The notes beneath the pieces are model-generated. The model did no database searches and was not told the origin of the DNA. It was given only the letters and a program-made list of their open reading frames with translations. DNA of 58,161 nucleotides, filler included, from Dirinaria sp. TL-2023a (lineage: Eukaryota): the NCBI GenBank assembly GCA_051941275.1. It is 2 parts of 2 records of this genome, joined end to end, with 100 filler letters (N's around TTAATTAATTAA, not from the genome) between each part and the next. Parts side by side here need not be neighbours in the genome. Positions count along the whole stretch, not along the records: positions 1 to 29,120 come from JAVEBF010000119.1; positions 29,221 to 58,161 come from JAVEBF010000120.1. One strand, given 5' to 3'. Numbering within the stretch: the stretch's first letter is position 1; each line of letters starts with the position of its first letter. The position numbers and the translations under genes were made by a program. Below are positions 23,864-37,146 of the stretch, piece after piece.

Positions 23864-25272
23864 TCTGAATACAGGAGTCTCAATGGAGTTCGAGGTTAAT
23901 TCAAGCAAATTTCGCTATACACGATGGATGGATCTTTTTGCACTTATCACTCTATCTACATAGAGTTGGGAAGATATGGTACGATATTGTGCCTCTTGTG
24001 CATGGTTCAGGGTAGAACGAGTCATCCCATAGCTATTACGGCCCCCTCTGCCTGATTGAAGGAGAGCTAGCACCTTAGACAGGACCCTACCGGGAAATGT
24101 TTCACTACGCAACATAAAACCAAACCTCCATCAAGGCATTGGACAGCCATTCTCCGAAGCAATCATTCTGGACCACAGCCCCATCCCTCTCGTTATGAAT
24201 CGCTCCGATTAGCCCAATGACAGGTTGCGATGCAAGGAAGAGGCAATGTTCATCATTCTGAGCAGAAGCCAAGTAGTTGAATGGGTCAAGGATCGTACCG
24301 AAAGCATACGAGGCAAATGAGAGACACCGCTTAATACAGTATAGCGCCATCGGGGGGGGGGGGCTGCATTAGTCACCACCAGCTGCTCAAGCGAGGTGCA
24401 GTTAAGCTATCCAAACATTAGAACGCCGAGGCAGCTGCACGTATAATCCGGAGCTGGAGACGACCTTGGCTCAAAGACAGCTGAAATCGATGCGTTCCGA
24501 AACACGAGATAGGACCATCTTACGCGGCCATTCCCATTCAAGCGCTCTGGTCCGATGTATATGCCGTATGGACGTCATGTCCGTCTTGGAGCGTGAGCGC
24601 AGCTCGGCCCCCATGTTGACGTATTCAAATTTTGCAGACGTCTCACGTAAGTTCTGCGGCCCTGCTCATCGATGATACATGTGCCCAGAGTTTGCCATGG
24701 ATGGACCTTTCCCGAGCGTCTCGATCCGAAGACTGAACTTGGAAAGTGATACACTGCCTCGCTCAATAATCCATGATGAAACTCTTACTACCACGCAGCC
24801 GAGACTCTAAAGGATACTGAACGATGGTTCTTGGTTTCAGCTTGATCAATTATACTCTACTCGTTTCCCCTCCGGAGCTGTCGTGTCGTTCCACACCGTG
24901 CTCGGCGCGATGGCGTGACTAGTGCTATGGAGCCCTGACAGATCGCTTCCGCTCCACTGTTTACGGTGGAATTGCTCGTTTGACCTACATGAAGATCAGC
25001 GCCGTTGCATCATTGATGATCAGTGGGGTTCCCCCTGTCCGGCCCGTAAAACGCTCTCGATGATTTTCCCGATCAACGTTCTGATGCCCCGGCACTAATG
25101 TGGCCTTGCTCATGATATTGCAAGGCACCGCAAGGATGTCTCCGGATTCCCTCAATGTCTTGCTTTTTACTATGTCGAACTGTCTCCTCTCCCAAATAAA
25201 TCCTTCATCGTACTGATGTTCCTTCAAAGATCGATCATTCTGGAGGTACCTTGATTAATCAAGGTTTTCGAA

Positions 25273-26807
25273 ATGTCGGACCAGACAACCTCTCCATCGG
25301 GACTTATCTCACTAAGCTGTATACTTCCTGTTCTTTGTATGGTAGCTATTGCAGTACGATTGCATTTGCGGAAACGACAGGCAGTACAAGTTCAGATCGA
25401 TGACTGGATCATGTTACCAGCATTGGTGAGCCAGAGCATTACTCAAACCCTCTGAATACGACTGCGACATCGATGGCCTTGGAATAAGCTGACAAATGGA
25501 TTGCTTGAGCTACTTTTCATCGGAATGTGTATATGCGCTATTCTAGGTAGGTCTGATGAGAATGCTGCTTCAAACACTTATGCCTCGTCCCTCAGGTGTT
25601 CACAGACACGTCTGGGGCTATCCCACTCCAATCGCAGAGGAAGAAACAGATCGTGTCGCATTCATCGACGACTCGCAATACGAAAGCCAGGTACTTAAGC
25701 CAACTGCTTTTAGTTCAGAACTCGACTGATAGAGCATAGCTCCTAGAAGCGTTCCAATTCATACAGATCCTTACTTTAGGGGCCATCAAGCTCGGAGCCC
25801 TGTTCTTCTATCGCCGCATCTTCTGCCCCCATGGGAACTATACTTCATTCGGTATTGTAAATACCATAGCTATCGTCACGATAATCTTGTGGACAATGTC
25901 CATGTTCATCATGAATGCGCTGCAATGCGGTAGCCATATCTCGGCGCTTTGGGCGTCCACGGCATCTGTCTATGTTAAATACTGCACGCACACCTTCCCT
26001 TTCGAGGAAGGGTTTTCGGTTTCAAATTTTCTACTTGATTTGTTCATTCTTCTACTGCCCATACCGCGGGTAAGTCTCAGTATAAGCCTGATGAGCTCTG
26101 CACTGATGATTAATAATTAAGCTTTGGTCTTTGAAAATAACTCTCGGCCGCAAATGTGCCGTGACAGGAGTCTTCGGGTTGGCCTTGATGTAAGGAAGCC
26201 GACCCAAGGTTCCGATTTCTTTCGAAACTCCACGGTCTAACCAATCATCAGCGGTTTCGCAGCGAGCACAGTCCGAATGGTTCAATATTTACAGATCATT
26301 GCTAGTGAGCCTTGCTTTCCGCATGTAACAAGCATGTTAATACTGAATCCCCCGATCGCCAGATGGGCCAAGCCTCCACGCCGATGTCCGCGGTAAGCAG
26401 TCCGCTATACCAACCCCTGTGTCACCGCTGCCACTAACTGCTCGCTAGAGGAGGACACCAAGAGCATCTTCTGGTCGAATCTCGAGGCCGGGCTCAGTCT
26501 CCTTGCGGTAAATCTACCATCCCTATGGACCATCATCAGCAGCTCCTCTGCCACGCGATTCCTTGCCAGTCTGCGGAGCCTGGTCACCTTCAGCTCCCAT
26601 GGCTCCCACAGCCGCATTCTGGAGCGCGGCACTGCTCCAGGAGACACAGATGATTCTCGAATCAGGATATCGGATACTGATAAATCTTCAAGTAAAGAGT
26701 GGCACGAAATGCATTATGTCCAGAACTCAGAGCCATGGCCGTCTCCTTCAATGGCTAGCGCTGACTCCACGAAGCCCAGCGTACATCGGCATGACGATAT
26801 TGTGTAG
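25273..26807 (+). CDS. PTH11-like / SAT4-type rhodopsin-domain integral membrane protein
   Basis: VAIAVRL...IDDWIMLPAL, LGAIKLGALFFYRRIF, DLFILLLPIP, FWSNLEAGLSLLAVNLPSL; many short introns; stop at 26805-26807. Confidence 0.88.
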
Positions 26808-27979
26808 CGATAGTAAGGTTATATGAGGGTGAGCCAGTTAGAAGCTACCGCATAAGCACTACATCCCAAAAAGTGGGTTTGGGAAACTCTTTGGGCGCGG
26901 AAGGCTTACTCGGGTTTATATAGGTTTGTACGCTACTTCAAAGTTTACACCATTTTGACTATTCATACACCCCTACATCCTCCTTCAAGGCTCAACCAAC
27001 ATGAGAAAACCCCACACGAGCTAGCGCGAGCAAGGAAAGGTTACTCGGGGAAAGAAGTACAGTGTTGATGGCAAAAGGGGTGACTTCTTCATCTTTTGTC
27101 AGAGCTGCGTAGACATCTATTCAGCATCAATTTCTATATACCAATTGAGTTTTTAATCCATGAGCGCTGATATGACGCTTTTAACTTCTAGCACGACCTC
27201 ATCAGGATTCCCAACTCCCGGAGGATGGTGAGCTGATCAAGTCAGAAGATGACAGAGACATAATGACGATAGATCATGACTAAGGAGGTTTTCTATATCT
27301 GCAATGGTCCAGGTAAACTTACTTACCTTTCCTTTTCAGCGTGCCTTACTCGTTGTTCTTTGCCAGGTACGAGTACCTTAGCAGTCAAAGTCCGCTCTAG
27401 CTCGATCGTGGGTTGGCCATGTCTGTCAAGCCCGAAGGCGCAATTCCCATCGCATACCTTCCAAAGTGACCAAATTGCATCAATTCTGGCTGGCGCGATC
27501 TGGGCCTAGAGTATGTAGGAGACTACACCAAATTTCTACACTCAAAGGCCGCATCTGAAGTCGCCTAGGGGTAGACAACCTACCTTATACCTGAGTATTG
27601 GCATGCATGCCTCTAAGTGACTGTACCTCGGAATAGATCCCCCGTTAGTACGATCTAGAGTGTAGTTTGTATGATCAAGATAGCTTTCATATGCCATAAC
27701 TTCTCTAAGATACTAGAAAACACCAGCAAGGGCAAGGGGTTTGAAGGAGGCTGAGAAAAAGTGCCAAGCCTGTCTGCGCTCTTGGCGTCGCCTCCTTATC
27801 GATAGCGCACAGAAATGGCATTTCTGGACATCGCCCAGTTTACCGACTACTTCGTGCTGTTACTACATGCGTGTGAGTACTCACTTTGTCGCCACTTGTA
27901 CTGAAGAGTTGAAGGATGATGCTCCCTCGGTAGCCCACCGATCAGCCATTTGCCCCGTACTCAGCTCTCAATTGACACA

Positions 27980-28981
27980 ATGTGGGAAGTCGACACCGAG
28001 CAGAAGAGCAAGGTACTACTTTCAAGCCCCCCCTTTCTGTTTCTCTAAGATTTTAATAGTGCCATGGATCTAATGTTTATCTCTTCAGCTTCTAGCTCTC
28101 CAAAAGCTTCCCCCCAACCTTACCTGCGTTGATTGTTCCGCTCCCTCTCCACAGTACGCTTGTCTCCCTTACTCACCCTTACTCTTTCCCTCAGCCCCAC
28201 CGAAAGAACTTTTGGTAGCGCGCACTCCTTATCTCCGCATCGATTGTCTTCGAACGGTAAATCCCCCCACTAAACACTCGACACCTCTAGATGGTCCTCG
28301 CCAAAGTTCGGCACCTTCCACTGCCTCACCTGCGCAGGCCTCCACCGCGCCCTGGGCGTGCACATCTCCTTCATCCGCTCCATCACCATGGACGCCTTCA
28401 AACCAGCCGAGATATCGCGACTGGAGAAAGGCGGCAACGCGGCGTGGAGAGAATTCTGGGTGTCTAAAAACCTGGGCCGGGAATGGGCCGTGCCGCCTTC
28501 GCAGGCTGTATTGGAGGACCGCTACGGTGGGGATGTGGGCGAGGAATATAAAGAGCGGCTGACGTGCTTGGTGGAGGGGAAGGAGTTCACGGGGCTTGCA
28601 CCCAAGCCACAGAGGAAAAAGAATGAGTTCGAGAGTCCTGCGGGAACACGAACGGCGAGTCCTTCCAGCTCGGGGATGGGTACGCAGAGTCAGAAAGCAG
28701 CCAACGAATCCTTTTTCGCGCGCAAAGGATCCGAGAACGCGAGTCGGCCTGAAGGCATCGCTCCGTCCCAGGGGGGAAAGTATGCCGGCTTTGGCAGCGA
28801 GCCGATCGTGGTTGGGGGCGCGGGGAAGAAAGATGAGATGGGTCAGGCCATGCCGGGAGTGGATGAGTTCCAGAAAGATCCCGTCGCCGCGCTGAGGAGC
28901 GGGTTCGGCTGGTTCGCAAGCAGTGTGGGCAAAGGAGCACGGAGCGTCAATGAGGGCTGGGTGCAGCCTACCGCAAAAAAG
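27980..28981 (+). CDS. GCS1: ArfGAP (Gcs1-like), 3' end lost at the gap
   Basis: MWEVD..., CVDC..PSPQWSSPKFG..CLTCAGLHRALGVHISFIRSITMD, GGKYAGFG, FQKDPV; donor at 28982, then sequence break. Confidence 0.9.
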
Positions 28982-29120
28982 GTTGGTTTAGATTTTTCTT
29001 CTTTTTTACACATTGTGATGGTCACGTGATGAGTCGGCGCGGGATGAGAAAACAATGCGGCACCTAGAAGAGAAGAATAGGAAATATATCCTGGGTGGAA
29101 TTGGAGAAGGGAGGAAACTC

Positions 29121-29220
29121 NNNNNNNNNNNNNNNNNNNNNNNNNNNNNNNNNNNNNNNNNNNNTTAATTAATTAANNNNNNNNNNNNNNNNNNNNNNNN
29201 NNNNNNNNNNNNNNNNNNNN
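29121..29220. other. Artificial contig-joining linker (N44-TTAATTAATTAA-N44)
   Basis: Palindromic 12-mer with stop codons in all six frames centred in a 100-nt N block. Confidence 0.95.
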
Positions 29221-30142
29221 TCTCTCATCTCTCACTTATTCACTCATGTTTAAAAGGTATCTTTTACAATTCAAATCTCTATTCTCTACCTCCCATACAG
29301 AATCTCATCAAAAAACAAAAATCGCTAGATTCAAAAATCAAAAAAGAGAGAGAAAAAAGAAACGTGAAATTTAGCTAAATTTTTTGAAAATAGAAATATT
29401 AAATGCCAATGCTAAACGTCAATGATGAAGAACGAAAAAAAGAAAGAAATCGGGTATGATTTAGAGGAGAGGGATGATGAGATTTTCTTTTCGAAGATTT
29501 GTTCCCCCCCCACTCTGTCCTTTTCTTCTATCTTTCCTTCTATTCTTCTTTCCTTCTTTCCTTCATCTTCAACATCATCTGATTCTTTCTCGCTTCTTCC
29601 TTTTGCTTCGAAATTTTTGAATGATATTTCTAGTTTTCTACTTGGGATTTTTTTTTCTTAGATTTTTGAGATAGGACAGAAGGAATTTAGATGAGGAGGA
29701 GAAGGAGGACGAGGAGGAGGAGAGAAAGAAAGTCGAATACAAGATCTAAAAATGGGAAGGGAAGGGAAGATGAGAATGGAGAGAGTGTAAGAAGGGGAAA
29801 GATGTCGGGGCTACTTATACTGGGTAGATAAGATTACCTTAAATTCTGGAGGATTTAAAAGATGGAAGGTGCAATAGAATCTTCCCCTAAAACTCAATGA
29901 GGGAGGGGTTTTCGTATTATTCGAATTGTCCGTCACGTCCAAAATCCAGATATTCACCATCTCAATACTGAGATTCTCCTTTATTTGCAAGCCGGCTGCG
30001 GCATGCTATTTTCCACCCCGATCTGACTCGCTTGTAAGATAAAATATGCTCATGTATCTTCTCTTCTCTCCCTCTTTCGCAATGCAATATGTGAACTACT
30101 ATTACTTCCCTTCCCACCCCTTCTTATACTCTACTCCTGCTA

Positions 30143-32044
30143 CTAAGGATGATAAAACCGTCCCATTGCACTCGCCGGCATTTCAGCCATGCGTTTCTGC
30201 TTGTAGATCGGGCTCGTGCCAGTATAGTTGCCCGTCTGGGTTGTGAAATCGGATGTATCGCTGAAATCGGGGATGCGGCCCAGGAGTTTCTCGACGACGC
30301 GGTAGGCGGCGCCGGGCGCGTAGCCGGGGAGTTCTGTGAGGAAGCATGTTTAGTAGAGTCTTTTTGTGTGGGATGTGATCACGTGGTGGTGGATTGGAGA
30401 AAAAGGGCTAAGTCTTACCGTGACCCGCAAGCTGCACTTGATAGAACGTCAACCCGCGCTCAGAACCCCAATAGCCTACTATGCCCGCGCCGGCCAGCGC
30501 ACCGCCATTGTATTCCGGGTGATATGGTACGTAGAACTCCGTGCCCGGGAATTCCTGCAGTCCTTGCTTGCCGTTCCAAGTCACGTTCTGCAGAGCGGTC
30601 AGGGTTCCGTTGGTGGGGAGAATATAGTCGAGATTGCCAACGCCGATGATGGTGTTGTTCGTCGACTCGATCACGTGCTGCAAGGTCCCGTCCCGCGCGG
30701 GGCCCGGCGAGGTGTCGCTCAAGTTCTGGTTATCGGTGGCTCCGCCGAAAACGTTGACGGGCGTACATTGATACCAGTCCGTGGGCGGCGCATTGATGGC
30801 TTTCTGCACGTCGCTGCGGTTGAAATAGGCTACGAGACCCGGCGGTATGTAGTCTCCTGGGTTGACGCCTCCGGTAACACTGAACGGATGTGGGCAGGTT
30901 TCGGTGACGTGATAGATGTTGAAGCAGGGATTCACTTCAAGAAGCGCGTAGTACACGTCATCGAAGATGTCGCACGTGTAGTTGGGGGAGTCGTAGGGGT
31001 CGGGGAGGACTGGGAAGGGGCCTGGTGGAGGTGGGTATTGAAGGTATTTCTCGAGGTAGGCACTGTACCCGCACGCGTCTTGTTTGGCGTGGATTGCGTC
31101 CAGAAAGGTCTCGTTGAGAAAGAAAAGCTTGGACCAGTAATCGATGAAGGGAACGATGACGGCTTGTTCTTGAAGCGTGTCATCGCCAATGATGGGATCG
31201 TTGATGGCTATACCCGCGAGGTTGTAGTAGACCGGATCATTCGCGTTGATGAACGCATCGGCGATATACGGTACGTAGTATCCAGCATAGCTCTCACCAG
31301 TGATGTAGACCTTTCGATTCTGAACCTGAAATGCGTCGACGAAACTCTTGTAGAAACCTATGAACTCCAGGCCGAGCTGAACTTCGTTCGTGATATTAGG
31401 TACGCCTTGTGTGTAGCCGACACCGACCGGTTGCTCCACCCAAATCATGTTGGTCAAATTGACCCATGTGTAGGGATTTTGAACCGGCGCTTCTGTGCCC
31501 GCCTCCCAGGTGAAAGGGCCATTCTCGGTCAGCAGACCAGAAAGAGAGCTGCAGCCTGGGCCGCCGTTGAGCCTGTAGGGAAAAATTAGGTGAGGCTGTA
31601 GTGTATGGACAAACAGTCATTCATTCTTACCATATCGTTATTTCGTCGGCTGCGGCCGTGTTAGAGGAAGGAAAGAACCAGAAAAAGAGTTCGCGGGTCT
31701 CGTTGGGGGCGGATGAAATCGGAAGAAGCCCAGCGTAGGACTCGCCCACGTCAAATGGGACATCTGGTATACCAGTGCCATTTACGACGAATTCTCCATT
31801 GCAGATCAGCATGGGCTTCCAGGAAGCTCGGAAAAAGCTTTGGTGTCTTACTTTCGGTGTTGGCGTTGAGGTACTGCGACGCTCGCTTCTCCAGCCTTGG
31901 GTTACTGAAAGGCTCCGTAGGCGTCCTTCGCTCAATCACGGGAGCCTTGTTGGCGACCCTCCTGGCCACCTTCTGGGCCGGATTGAGCGCGGATACAGAG
32001 GACGCACATAGCAGCGCGCTAACAAACGTTAGAGAAAACTTCAT
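30143..32044 (-). CDS. Secreted serine carboxypeptidase (S10, CpdS-like)
   Basis: Signal peptide [23 protein letters not shown] pro-site, [22 protein letters not shown] nucleophile, QLAGH|ELPGY; three introns. Confidence 0.93.
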
Positions 32045-35000
32045 CTCGCAGACGGTGATGGAGTAGGATCCGGAAGCTGGCAAAAGTACACAACAAACAA
32101 TGGGAAGTACCAGCCTCTTGTACCTTGAGCTCTGGAGCGGGATGATGCAACAAAGCCTTACGGTGAACCCTGATCTCTGGCCCTGACATGGCAGCTGCAG
32201 GCGGACTATGACTGGAACAAGAAGGTCGTAGAAGCTTTGAGCGGGGAGTCAACGGCCGAGTGCATTTATCAGAGGAACAAACATCCCCATGACGCTGCGA
32301 TATGCCCCGCCTTGGAGGAGCTGCCTGCCTAGTTGGGCTTAGGGCAGTTTCCAGGGGCAAAAGATGGGGATGTCGGCAGCTGTCCAAGAAAATATGGTGT
32401 GCATAGAAGTAAGATGGGTACCTACCTAAGATGAAAGATTTGTACGGTCACAGAAACCCGTGAATTGGAAAGATATCTGATTATCCGAACTTCCACGCGC
32501 AATACACGCCCAAGTGTTTCAAGATGCGCGACTCAGAGCGGAAGAAAGAGAGAGAGACAGAAGCTCCCCATTGAGAAGCCTTCTTGGCTTGCTTGGCAAC
32601 GTCAAAACTTCCATCCCGTCATTCCGTCCCGTCATTCCGCCATAACGTCATGCCGTCATCTCGCGCAGTCGCGCTGGCTCTCAGCCTCGGCAGAGCACGG
32701 AGTACGGAGTACAAAAGGTACTGTACATTCAGCTGAAGCGAATCACTGGAGCGGCTGGAAGTACTCCGGACGGAAACCGGAGCATCTTCCGTCCGCTTGG
32801 CTTTTCACTGCAAGATCTCATCGCCAAGGCTGGCCTTTGGTATCTTAGTGCCTCTGGATGGGGATGTTGCTGTATCGGGCCTCGGCTCTTTGGACTGGTG
32901 CTGATAAGAAGCAGACCCATGATGATCATTTCCCAACGGACGGAGTCCCAGAGGATCTACAGTGGACTTTTCATACTTCCCAGCCTGCGTCTTTGGCCTC
33001 ATACACCCATCCCCAATCCCTTACCATGTGAAAAAGTTCTCCCAAACACATCTCCGTTTACCAAAGCAGTTATAGAGAAGAGCAAGCCTCGGTCTTCAAG
33101 TTCGGGGGGAAGAGACGTGGGATCTAAGATCCCGAATCCATCCACGGAAACGTAGGCACAGCTGTACAGAAGCGAAACATGAACGCCCATCAACCAAGTT
33201 TGTCGAGAACAATGTCCTCGAAATCTGAGAATAGAGGGGATGCTATGGATTCAAACGAGAAAATGTCGCTGCAATTGTTACCATTCGGTGACTGCGAGGT
33301 CATGTTTCGTCGAATACGAATCCCGAGTTGGTTGCTAGCATGCTTCTTTCAAATGTAGGAGGAATCTGTCTACCTTGCCTTCTTCCCTTCCCTTTCTCCC
33401 CTCGTTCCTACCCAAGCTCAACTATCAAGTTCAAAAATCGTGACAATGGAATCCAATTGCACTTCTCATGAAAACCGTATCTCTATCAAGCGTGGTGATC
33501 CTTCCTGGTAAGCGTCGTACTCAATGCATGAGATATTCCCATGCGGGATTCACGTATATTGTAATCAGACGTAGGAAAGACGAGCCTGCGCACGACCAGG
33601 AACATGCTCAAAGAAGCAAAGCAAACGTATTCGTGGCTGAGAGAAATAGCGCAGGAGAGCGACGAAGGATCAGAAAGATATAGAGCCAATGACTGACAAT
33701 ACTCTCGTCAAGGACGACGCCTTCCGCCATAGCAGGGTGGTCCACTTTCGGGGCTGGAGAAAGGAGAGTTTGCGATGCTTTCACGATGAGGTTCTTAATA
33801 TTTGGCAAAACTGCAAGAGATACGGGCGCAGAAGACGGGCATAAACACCAGAGATCCCCCTCGTCCCTTCTGTATGCAGATTAGGAGAAGGCATGCGAGC
33901 ACGTGACGAGAAATGGGAATGGATGATATTAATAGATCTCACTCAAATCCGTGAACGCAGGTTACGTGCATGCAGGTTATAGAACATACAGCGGTAGCGA
34001 TGAAGGGAGTGTCCCAAATCCTGCTGGCTGCCGCGATCAACGCCAAAACTGGGTTGCTAACTTTCTTAAGGTCCGGGTGAGGGCTTGCAAAGGCGAGACG
34101 CGCTCTGGGCGTGAGTAGAAAATTGGCTCGTCCAGGTACTCCGTAGTACTGCGGGCGATCTCCCGAGCAAGCTCCAGGTAATTCGCTAATCGCTACCCAT
34201 CTTAAGGTAAGGTAAGGTAGCCTGAATCTGTGACGCGTTCCCGCTCCGTACAGTACACGGTGGAGGAGGATTTCGCAAACACATCCCTTTCACTTCAAAC
34301 TCTTAGGAGTTCTCCGTAGCACTATCCCGGGGGGACACAGAAATAAGCAATCATGAATCTTTGTAATAATGGTGCAGATGGCGGGTGAAACCAGCCAAGA
34401 GTCCGTCTCGGGTACGCTGTAGCGGTTTTCAGTGTAGGTCGCTTAGACTTTCCAAGCGTCAATGATGAAGTCGGGGCTGGGCTGGGCTTAACGCCCAAGG
34501 TAGGAAGACATGACGCCAGGCAAGACATGCTTATCTTTTTTATTATTAGCCAGCAGATGGTAGGAGTGTTCAACCCACTCGATATGATTTTCATCAGACA
34601 ATTTCAGAACAGGAATTCCCATTTTTCCGAACCGCCAGGAGACCGGCGAGACTGATGATCCTCCGGGTTGCCAGGGGAGCCGCTCCCCGCCAACCACTGC
34701 TCCGAAACGCGTCTTATGCCTGACAGAGCGGTTAGGCTGGTGGCCCCCTAGCCCCCCCTAGCCCCTTGCTTCAGACTCCAATTCTGACGCACTGATGATT
34801 CGCTCAATATGTGGTGGGTGGTTGTCGTATCAACAACCTGCCACCCAAACTGAGCATGTATATAAGTCCGTGTCAGTAGTGTTCCCTCCAGAATTCGAGA
34901 ACACCACCCTCGGGCAATTCCCTCCCAGATCCACCTCTCACTCGACTGATTATCCAGCAACCTTAATTTCCAGTCTTGTTGTATACATACATACCTCAAC

Positions 35001-35076
35001 CCTCCACCGACATAACACTTACCACCTAATTTCCTCTCTACCCACTACCCACATAGTCTATCATGATCGGCTCGAC

Positions 35077-35362
35077 ATGCGCCTAATCATTACCCTCTCC
35101 GCCTTGTTGGTACTCGCGGCAGGCGCTCTGGCGGCGCCGTATCCTACCGAGCAGATACTAAGAGTAAAGTCCCCTCCAACCCCAAAACGCTGGAAGATCG
35201 CGCACTGATTTTTTCTTTGATCAGAGCTCCGGTCCTTGCGATTACAACCTGCACCGATGTGCGCCCGGCGACACGGCATGCTGCCAGGTTGCACGTGCCC
35301 GGATGGAGATGCGTAGTGTGGAAAGCAGCGAAGAGGGGCTTCGACTGTCAGAAATCGCATGA
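35077..35362 (+). CDS. 74-aa secreted cysteine peptide
   Basis: MRLIITLSALLVLAAGALAAPYPTEQILR | intron 35164..35224 | SSGPCDYNLHRCAPGDTACCQVARARMEMRSVESSEEGLRLSEIA*; TATAA at 34861. Confidence 0.7.
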
Positions 35363-35667
35363 GCTGGGATACTGTGTATGGACGGATATAGCTGGCTAGA
35401 TTCGAAGACTGTATCTGGGAACTTGCCGCCTTCTTTTGTCGAGGGGCGCTCATTACGATTGTTCACGATGATTCGTTCGCTCTTTCAGAATGTGCAGGTC
35501 TGCAGTAGCGTATTCAGCATTCGCTTCACGACGTAACGATTAGACGAGAATAGAATAATGTTTAATACCAGCATGTCCGGATCACTTCGGTCCGCAATTT
35601 CGTGGTCGTATTCTGTACTCCGTGACACCGTAGCGATCAAATCCCAAATATGGAGCAACGGCATTGT

Positions 35668-37146
35668 TCAATCGCGAAATGCTTTTCGCGGATCCTGCGT
35701 GAGATAGTCATACATGTCCGGGCTCCTTTCTAGTAGCCTGAGCTCCGTCTCCTTCAGGACGCTCTCTGGTAGGACTTTGTGTGCGCGCTTCTGGCCCCTG
35801 GGCGCACGCCAGACTACCACAGACTGCTTTCGGTTGACATTCTCTTTATCGACAGTAACTTCCCACCCACGTAGAGCCTTCGTGTCATAGTCGCCTCGGT
35901 CTTCGCTGCCCGGCCCACCGAGAAAGGTGCGCGTTCTGACAGAAGGGTGTATATACTCATGGGTGTTTCTGAGCGGTTTTCCCATAGGTTTTCCCGTCCG
36001 ACGATTGATTCTATAATAACCTCCTGGTGTGCGAGTAGCAGTGCCGGCAATGAGATACGCCGCTGTTAGTGAATTATAGATTTTGCCAAACGACCATGGC
36101 CGAGTCTTCTCGTGCTTGGTGCGGTAGTAAGTCTTGTTTTTTCCATATTGTTGGAGTAAGAAGTCAGGGTGAAAGTCAATGAAGGGTTCTAGCTGCGACA
36201 TCATCCACGCCAAGGTTATATTGGCAATTTCCTGGTCCGGATAACCTCCACCGACGTTCGAATGAACCCCTGGGAACCAAACCTGCTTCAGATTGGTAGT
36301 GCAGTTTTTTGATTTCTCCCACAAAGCGGGCGAAAACGCTGCGCGCCGCTCTTCGAGACACAGCGCTTGGAATGCGTTCTCTACAAAGTCATCAATCGTA
36401 GTATCGTAGAATTGGAAAGCTTTCATTCTCGACGACTGAAGCCCCAGTCTCTCTAGCCAAGGGACTCGTGGAATACCCAATGATCCCACAGTCTCCCACA
36501 CTCCAATGGCCTTTACGGAAATTCCCAGAGTCGTCAACCCTCGCGCTTCTAGCTGCTCCACATATGAAGGGTCCTTGAAGGAGGGTTTGTTAGGGAACGG
36601 AGTATTGGGATACTTTGGCTTATAATCGTCATCCTCTCGATGAATATAGTCCTCAAAGATCTCCCCGAAATACGGAAGCCCCGCTTTCGTTAGTAGACCT
36701 AGATCACCAATAAGACCGCCTATGCTTCGGGCGGTAAAGGCACCGCGCGAGAAGCCGAGAAGAAAGATCTCATCTCCGTGCATGAAATTCGTCGACAGGA
36801 AACTATAACCTTCCCGGATATTTTCTTTGATGCCTTCACCAGTGAGGCCGCCAGCAACACGCATGAGAGTGCCGCCTTGGGAGCCGACACCGGATTGGTA
36901 ATAGACGATCTGCGATCTACCCCGGTCGTCCTTGTCGTTGATCGCCCAGCCAATACGTGCGACATTACTCGGATGCTCGAGAACGCCGGACCGAAGATTC
37001 AGCGAATCGAGCCATGTCCCTGTTGGCATTCATGAGCGTGAGCGACTCCACCACTTACGCCGAGGGCTACGCGTACCGTCGCAGGTTACTATCAGCTTTT
37101 TGGAGGGCATGAATGGGGGTTGCGATGGTCGTCTTGCTACAGCCAT
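35668..37146 (-). CDS. DUF2235 (Tle1-like alpha/beta hydrolase) protein
   Basis: KKLIVTCD|GTW, YYQSGVG, GFSRGAFTAR, GVWETVGSLG, QVWFPGVHSNVGGG. Confidence 0.92.

Noticed and set aside
29221..29900. AT- and purine-rich stretch as a transposon
   Set aside because: No TIR, LTR or coding remnant visible; only low complexity at a contig end
30366..31589. 407-aa plus-strand ORF
   Set aside because: Antisense shadow of the carboxypeptidase; no recognisable motifs
34461..34657. ATGATGA...CTGA as a C/D box snoRNA
   Set aside because: Long spacing, no terminal stem or rRNA guide recognised
36480..36510. GVWETV instead of GVWDTV in DUF2235 as an inactivating change
   Set aside because: Conservative acid-for-acid change with Ser and His motifs intact
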